Origin: Escherichia coli
Lineage (GTDB): Bacteria; Pseudomonadota; Gammaproteobacteria; Enterobacterales; Enterobacteriaceae
DNA: 64,000 nt
Assembly: GCF_045037415.1 (NCBI RefSeq)
Contig: NZ_CP173438.1
Direction: 5' to 3' (one strand)
Shown here: positions 60,441-64,000 of the stretch, in pieces
Position numbering within the stretch: position 1 is the first letter of the stretch
How the letters are laid out: every line of letters starts with the position of its first letter
Translations under genes and position numbers: made by a program
The notes under the pieces: model-generated
The model's database searches: none
What the model was told of the DNA's origin: nothing
The model's input: only the letters and a program-made list of their open reading frames with translations

Positions 60441-61457
60441 ATGTCCACATTACGCCTGCTCATCTCTGACTCTTACGACCCGTGGTTTAACCTGGCGGTA
60501 GAGGAGTGTATTTTTCGCCAGATGCCCGCCACGCAGCGCGTTCTGTTTCTCTGGCGCAATGCCGACACGGTAGTGATTGGTCGTGCGCAGAACCCGTGGA
60601 AAGAGTGTAATACCCGGCGGATGGAAGAAGATAACGTCCGCCTGGCGCGGCGCAGTAGCGGTGGCGGCGCGGTGTTCCACGATCTCGGCAATACCTGTTT
60701 TACCTTTATGGCTGGCAAGCCGGAGTACGATAAAACTATCTCCACGTCGATTGTGCTCAATGCGCTGAACGCGCTTGGCGTCAGCGCCGAAGCTTCCGGG
60801 CGTAACGATCTGGTGGTGAAAACCGCCGAAGGCGACCGCAAAGTCTCAGGCTCGGCCTATCGCGAAACCAAAGATCGTGGCTTCCACCACGGCACTTTGC
60901 TGCTCAATGCCGACCTTAGCCGCCTGGCAAACTATCTCAATCCGGATAAAAAGAAACTGGCGGCGAAAGGCATTACCTCAGTGCGTTCCCGCGTGACCAA
61001 TCTGACCGAATTGCTACCGGGGATCACCCATGAGCAGGTTTGCGAGGCCATAACCGAGGCCTTTTTCGCCCATTATGGCGAGCGCGTGGAAGCGGAAATC
61101 ATCTCCCCGGACAAAACGCCAGACTTGCCAAACTTCGCCGAAACCTTTGCCCGCCAGAGTAGCTGGGAATGGAACTTCGGTCAGGCTCCGGCATTCTCGC
61201 ATCTGCTGGATGAACGCTTTACCTGGGGCGGCGTGGAACTGCATTTCGACGTTGAAAAAGGCCATATCACCCGCGCCCAGGTGTTTACCGACAGTCTCAA
61301 CCCCGCGCCGCTGGAAGCCCTCGCCGGGCGACTGCAAGGCTGTCTGTACCGCGCGGATATGCTGCAACAGGAGTGCGAAGCGCTGCTGGTTGACTTCCAG
61401 GAACAGGAAAAAGAGCTACGGGAGTTGTCGGCATGGATGGCAGGGGCGGTGCGGTAG
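60441..61457 (+). CDS. lplA: Lipoate-protein ligase A, 338 aa
   Basis: [57 protein letters not shown]... Confidence 0.95.
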   Translation: MSTLRLLISDSYDPWFNLAVEECIFRQMPATQRVLFLWRNADTVVIGRAQNPWKECNTRRMEEDNVRLARRSSGGGAVFHDLGNTCFTFMAGKPEYDKTISTSIVLNALNALGVSAEASGRNDLVVKTAEGDRKVSGSAYRETKDRGFHHGTLLLNADLSRLANYLNPDKKKLAAKGITSVRSRVTNLTELLPGITHEQVCEAITEAFFAHYGERVEAEIISPDKTPDLPNFAETFARQSSWEWNFGQAPAFSHLLDERFTWGGVELHFDVEKGHITRAQVFTDSLNPAPLEALAGRLQGCLYRADMLQQECEALLVDFQEQEKELRELSAWMAGAVR

Positions 61458-62789
61458 TTACCCACCCATGCGGGTAACTTTCTCTTCGATTTGCCGGATT
61501 TTTTCCGGCATTTCTTGCGCAATGTGGCGAAACGCCTCGCTGATACGCGGATCTCTGGCGACCGTTTGCCAGAACTGCTGCGCCAGCGGGATCGCCGTTA
61601 ACCATGCGCTTTTACTGATGTTAAGATCAAACTTCACCTCAATGGCAGCATCACGCAGCATTCCGGCGCTGTTTGGCGCATAGGCCATCGGCAGCATGTC
61701 GTAGACGGGTGTCAGCGCAAATGGTGGTTCAGATAAATAAAATGATAAATTGCCTGCGTGCATATCGCTGTTGGCGATAAGTCGCCCAAACGCCCAGATC
61801 ACTTCTGTTTGCGCCACGCTCTGGTGAGTGACAAGTTGTTGCTCACACAAATGCCGCATTGCCTCCGGCCACGATCCCGGAGAAGAGATAAACTCACTTT
61901 GCACCGCCTCCAGCGACACAATGGGCAAGCGACCATCGTTACCTTTGCAGTCAAAGCGTTCCGCTTCCAGGAATACCTGCCTGTTACTTGTTACAAGCAC
62001 CGTTGACTCGATGGCGTGGATCCCGCCGTCACGCAGGATTTGCGCGGCAATAGATTCAGCAATTAGCAGGTCCCCCCAACGTTGGCTGACTGCGGTTTGC
62101 TGTGGCACGGTGAATTTCACCAACACATGTTTATTGCCTGACGGCGTTTGTGCATAGCAGGTAAATTTTGGCTGCTCGCCGCCCGCAGAAGAACCCACAA
62201 TTTCTCCAGCCAGAGCATCGCTTGCCAACTGTTCGTAACGGGTGAGTTTTTGATCCAAAGGAATTTCCGCAGGGCGTTGTGCAGTAATCCATCGCTGATA
62301 ATTCCCCTCCCCGACCAACCAACCGCCAGTATATTCACCGTTAAATACGGTCAGGGCGTAGAGCACATCTTCTTCCTGCCAGAGACGTATATCATCAGTC
62401 AGATTCAGTTGCGCGGCTAACTTTCTGCCCCACGCGCGCCCTAAAAAGCCCTGCGGTCGGAGATCGGTCAAATACCAGGGCAAACCATCAAACCACTGTT
62501 CGTCGCCATCTGCGCCTGTTACCAGACAACTTCCCTGTGGCCAGCACAACCGGATGTCGGCGAATTTATGCGCCTTTCCGGCATCGTCCACCCGCCAGAC
62601 GGGAATACGCTCAATTCCGCGATAAGGACGCAGCAGTACATATCGCGTTGCCCGTGCTTTACCAAAGCGAATCACCCGATTTTCTCTGGCAACAAGGCGT
62701 GAGAACGTCGCCTGACTGATTGCCAGACGCTGGCGCAATTCCGGGGCAGAACGCGGCCCTTGCAGTAAAAGATCGGTCAGTTCGCTCAT
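61458..62789 (-). CDS. yjjJ: HipA-family Ser/Thr kinase with N-terminal helix-turn-helix (orphan HipA-like toxin homologue), 443 aa
   Basis: N-terminal HTH (ELRQRLAISQATFSRLV) fused to a HipA-like kinase domain; same size and position as K-12 yjjJ. Confidence 0.85.
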   Translation of the reverse strand: MSELTDLLLQGPRSAPELRQRLAISQATFSRLVARENRVIRFGKARATRYVLLRPYRGIERIPVWRVDDAGKAHKFADIRLCWPQGSCLVTGADGDEQWFDGLPWYLTDLRPQGFLGRAWGRKLAAQLNLTDDIRLWQEEDVLYALTVFNGEYTGGWLVGEGNYQRWITAQRPAEIPLDQKLTRYEQLASDALAGEIVGSSAGGEQPKFTCYAQTPSGNKHVLVKFTVPQQTAVSQRWGDLLIAESIAAQILRDGGIHAIESTVLVTSNRQVFLEAERFDCKGNDGRLPIVSLEAVQSEFISSPGSWPEAMRHLCEQQLVTHQSVAQTEVIWAFGRLIANSDMHAGNLSFYLSEPPFALTPVYDMLPMAYAPNSAGMLRDAAIEVKFDLNISKSAWLTAIPLAQQFWQTVARDPRISEAFRHIAQEMPEKIRQIEEKVTRMGG

Positions 62790-62792
62790 TAA

Positions 62793-62825
62793 TGAATAGA
62801 TTCGTGAATAGATACTTGAATAGAT
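62793..62825. repeat. Three perfect direct repeats of TGAATAGAT at 12-bp spacing, immediately 5' of the yjjJ start codon
   Basis: tgaatagat at 62793-62801, 62805-62813 and 62817-62825, read directly from the sequence. Confidence 0.85.
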
Positions 62826-62892
62826 TTATTAACATATTTCACTGAAAAGTATAGCGAAAATATTCAAGCTGGAGAGATAAATGAATAAATAC

Positions 62893-62932
62893 TAAAAAGC
62901 CGGAGCAGTCTCCCACTCCGGCTTCACACGAC
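62893..62932 (-). terminator. Putative intrinsic terminator downstream of deoD
   Basis: Minus strand: agccggag-tgggagactg-ctccggct followed by ttttagtattt. Confidence 0.55.
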
Positions 62933-62955
62933 AATCGCCTTTCAGCAAAACACAA

Positions 62956-63675
62956 TTACTCTTTATCGCCCAGCAGAACGGATTCCAGCGCGATTTTGAT
63001 CATGTCGTTGAAGGTGGTCTGACGCTCAGCGGCAGTGGTCTGCTCGTGAGTGCGGATGTGGTCAGACACGGTGCAGATGGTCAGGGCTTTCGCGCCAAAT
63101 TCTGCAGCGACGCCGTAGATACCCGCCGCTTCCATTTCCACGCCGAGGATGCCGTATTTTTCCATCACGTCGAACATTTCGCCGTCCGGAGAGTAGAACA
63201 GGTCAGCGGAGAACAGGTTACCAACGCGAGCATCAACGCCCAGTGCTTTTGCCGCGTCTACCGCGTTACGCACCATGTCGAAGTCAGCGATAGCGGCAAA
63301 GTCATGGTCTTTAAAACGGATGCGGTTAACTTTGGAATCGGTGCAGGCACCCATACCGATAACGACGTCGCGCAGTTTTACGTGCGGCAGAACAGCGCCA
63401 CAGGAACCCACGCGGATAATTTTCTTCACGCCGAAATCAGTGATCAGTTCTTTGGTGTAGATGGAGCAGGACGGGATACCCATACCGTGGCCCATTACGG
63501 AAATTTTGCGGCCTTTGTAAGTACCAGTGAAGCCCAGCATACCGCGAACGTTGTTCACTTCACGGGCATCTTCAAGGAAAGTTTCAGCAATATACTTCGC
63601 ACGCAGCGGGTCGCCTGGCATCAAAACTACGTCAGCAAAATCGCCCATTTCTGCATTAATGTGTGGAGTAGCCAT
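62956..63675 (-). CDS. deoD: Purine nucleoside phosphorylase DeoD-type, 239 aa
   Basis: [69 protein letters not shown]...; the ORF-track start at 63732 is an upstream extension. Confidence 0.96.
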   Translation of the reverse strand: MATPHINAEMGDFADVVLMPGDPLRAKYIAETFLEDAREVNNVRGMLGFTGTYKGRKISVMGHGMGIPSCSIYTKELITDFGVKKIIRVGSCGAVLPHVKLRDVVIGMGACTDSKVNRIRFKDHDFAAIADFDMVRNAVDAAKALGVDARVGNLFSADLFYSPDGEMFDVMEKYGILGVEMEAAGIYGVAAEFGAKALTICTVSDHIRTHEQTTAAERQTTFNDMIKIALESVLLGDKE

Positions 63676-63731
63676 CGTTTTATCCTTTTTGTGACATATT
63701 AAAGGCGGAGTCACTGCTCCGCCCAAATCCA

Positions 63732-64000
<269 letters not shown>

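Overview
This window is an Escherichia coli-type chromosomal segment spanning the conventional origin of chromosome numbering, in reverse-complement orientation relative to the K-12 reference. All calls rest on reading the supplied ORF translations and sequence against remembered protein sequences and gene order; no database search was run. Left to right: the 3' part of the carnitine operon (caiC partial, caiD, caiE), caiF, carBA, dapB, rihC, ispH-fkpB-lspA-ileS-ribF, yaaY, rpsT, nhaR-nhaA, hokC/mokC, dnaJ-dnaK, yaaI, yaaW, satP, mog, talB, yaaJ, yaaA, yaaX, thrCBA-thrL, then the far end of the chromosome (lasT, yjjY, arcA, creDCBA, rob, gpmB, yjjX, trpR, slt, ettA, nadR, radA, serB, ytjB, lplA, yjjJ, deoD, deoB partial). 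No rRNA, tRNA, CRISPR array or intact IS element was seen. Where K-12 carries IS1 and IS186, this window instead has three AT-rich accessory blocks: (1) a single DUF805-like membrane protein gene between rihC and dapB; (2) a GPH-family symporter plus GH31 glycosidase pair between rpsT and nhaR; (3) a Tsx-like outer-membrane channel, a Ser-type periplasmic sulfatase and a 419-421 aa cysteine-rich protein of unassigned function between hokC and nhaA. Block 3, and especially the cysteine-rich protein, is the best candidate for an undescribed system; the functional proposals for it are hypotheses, not demonstrated.
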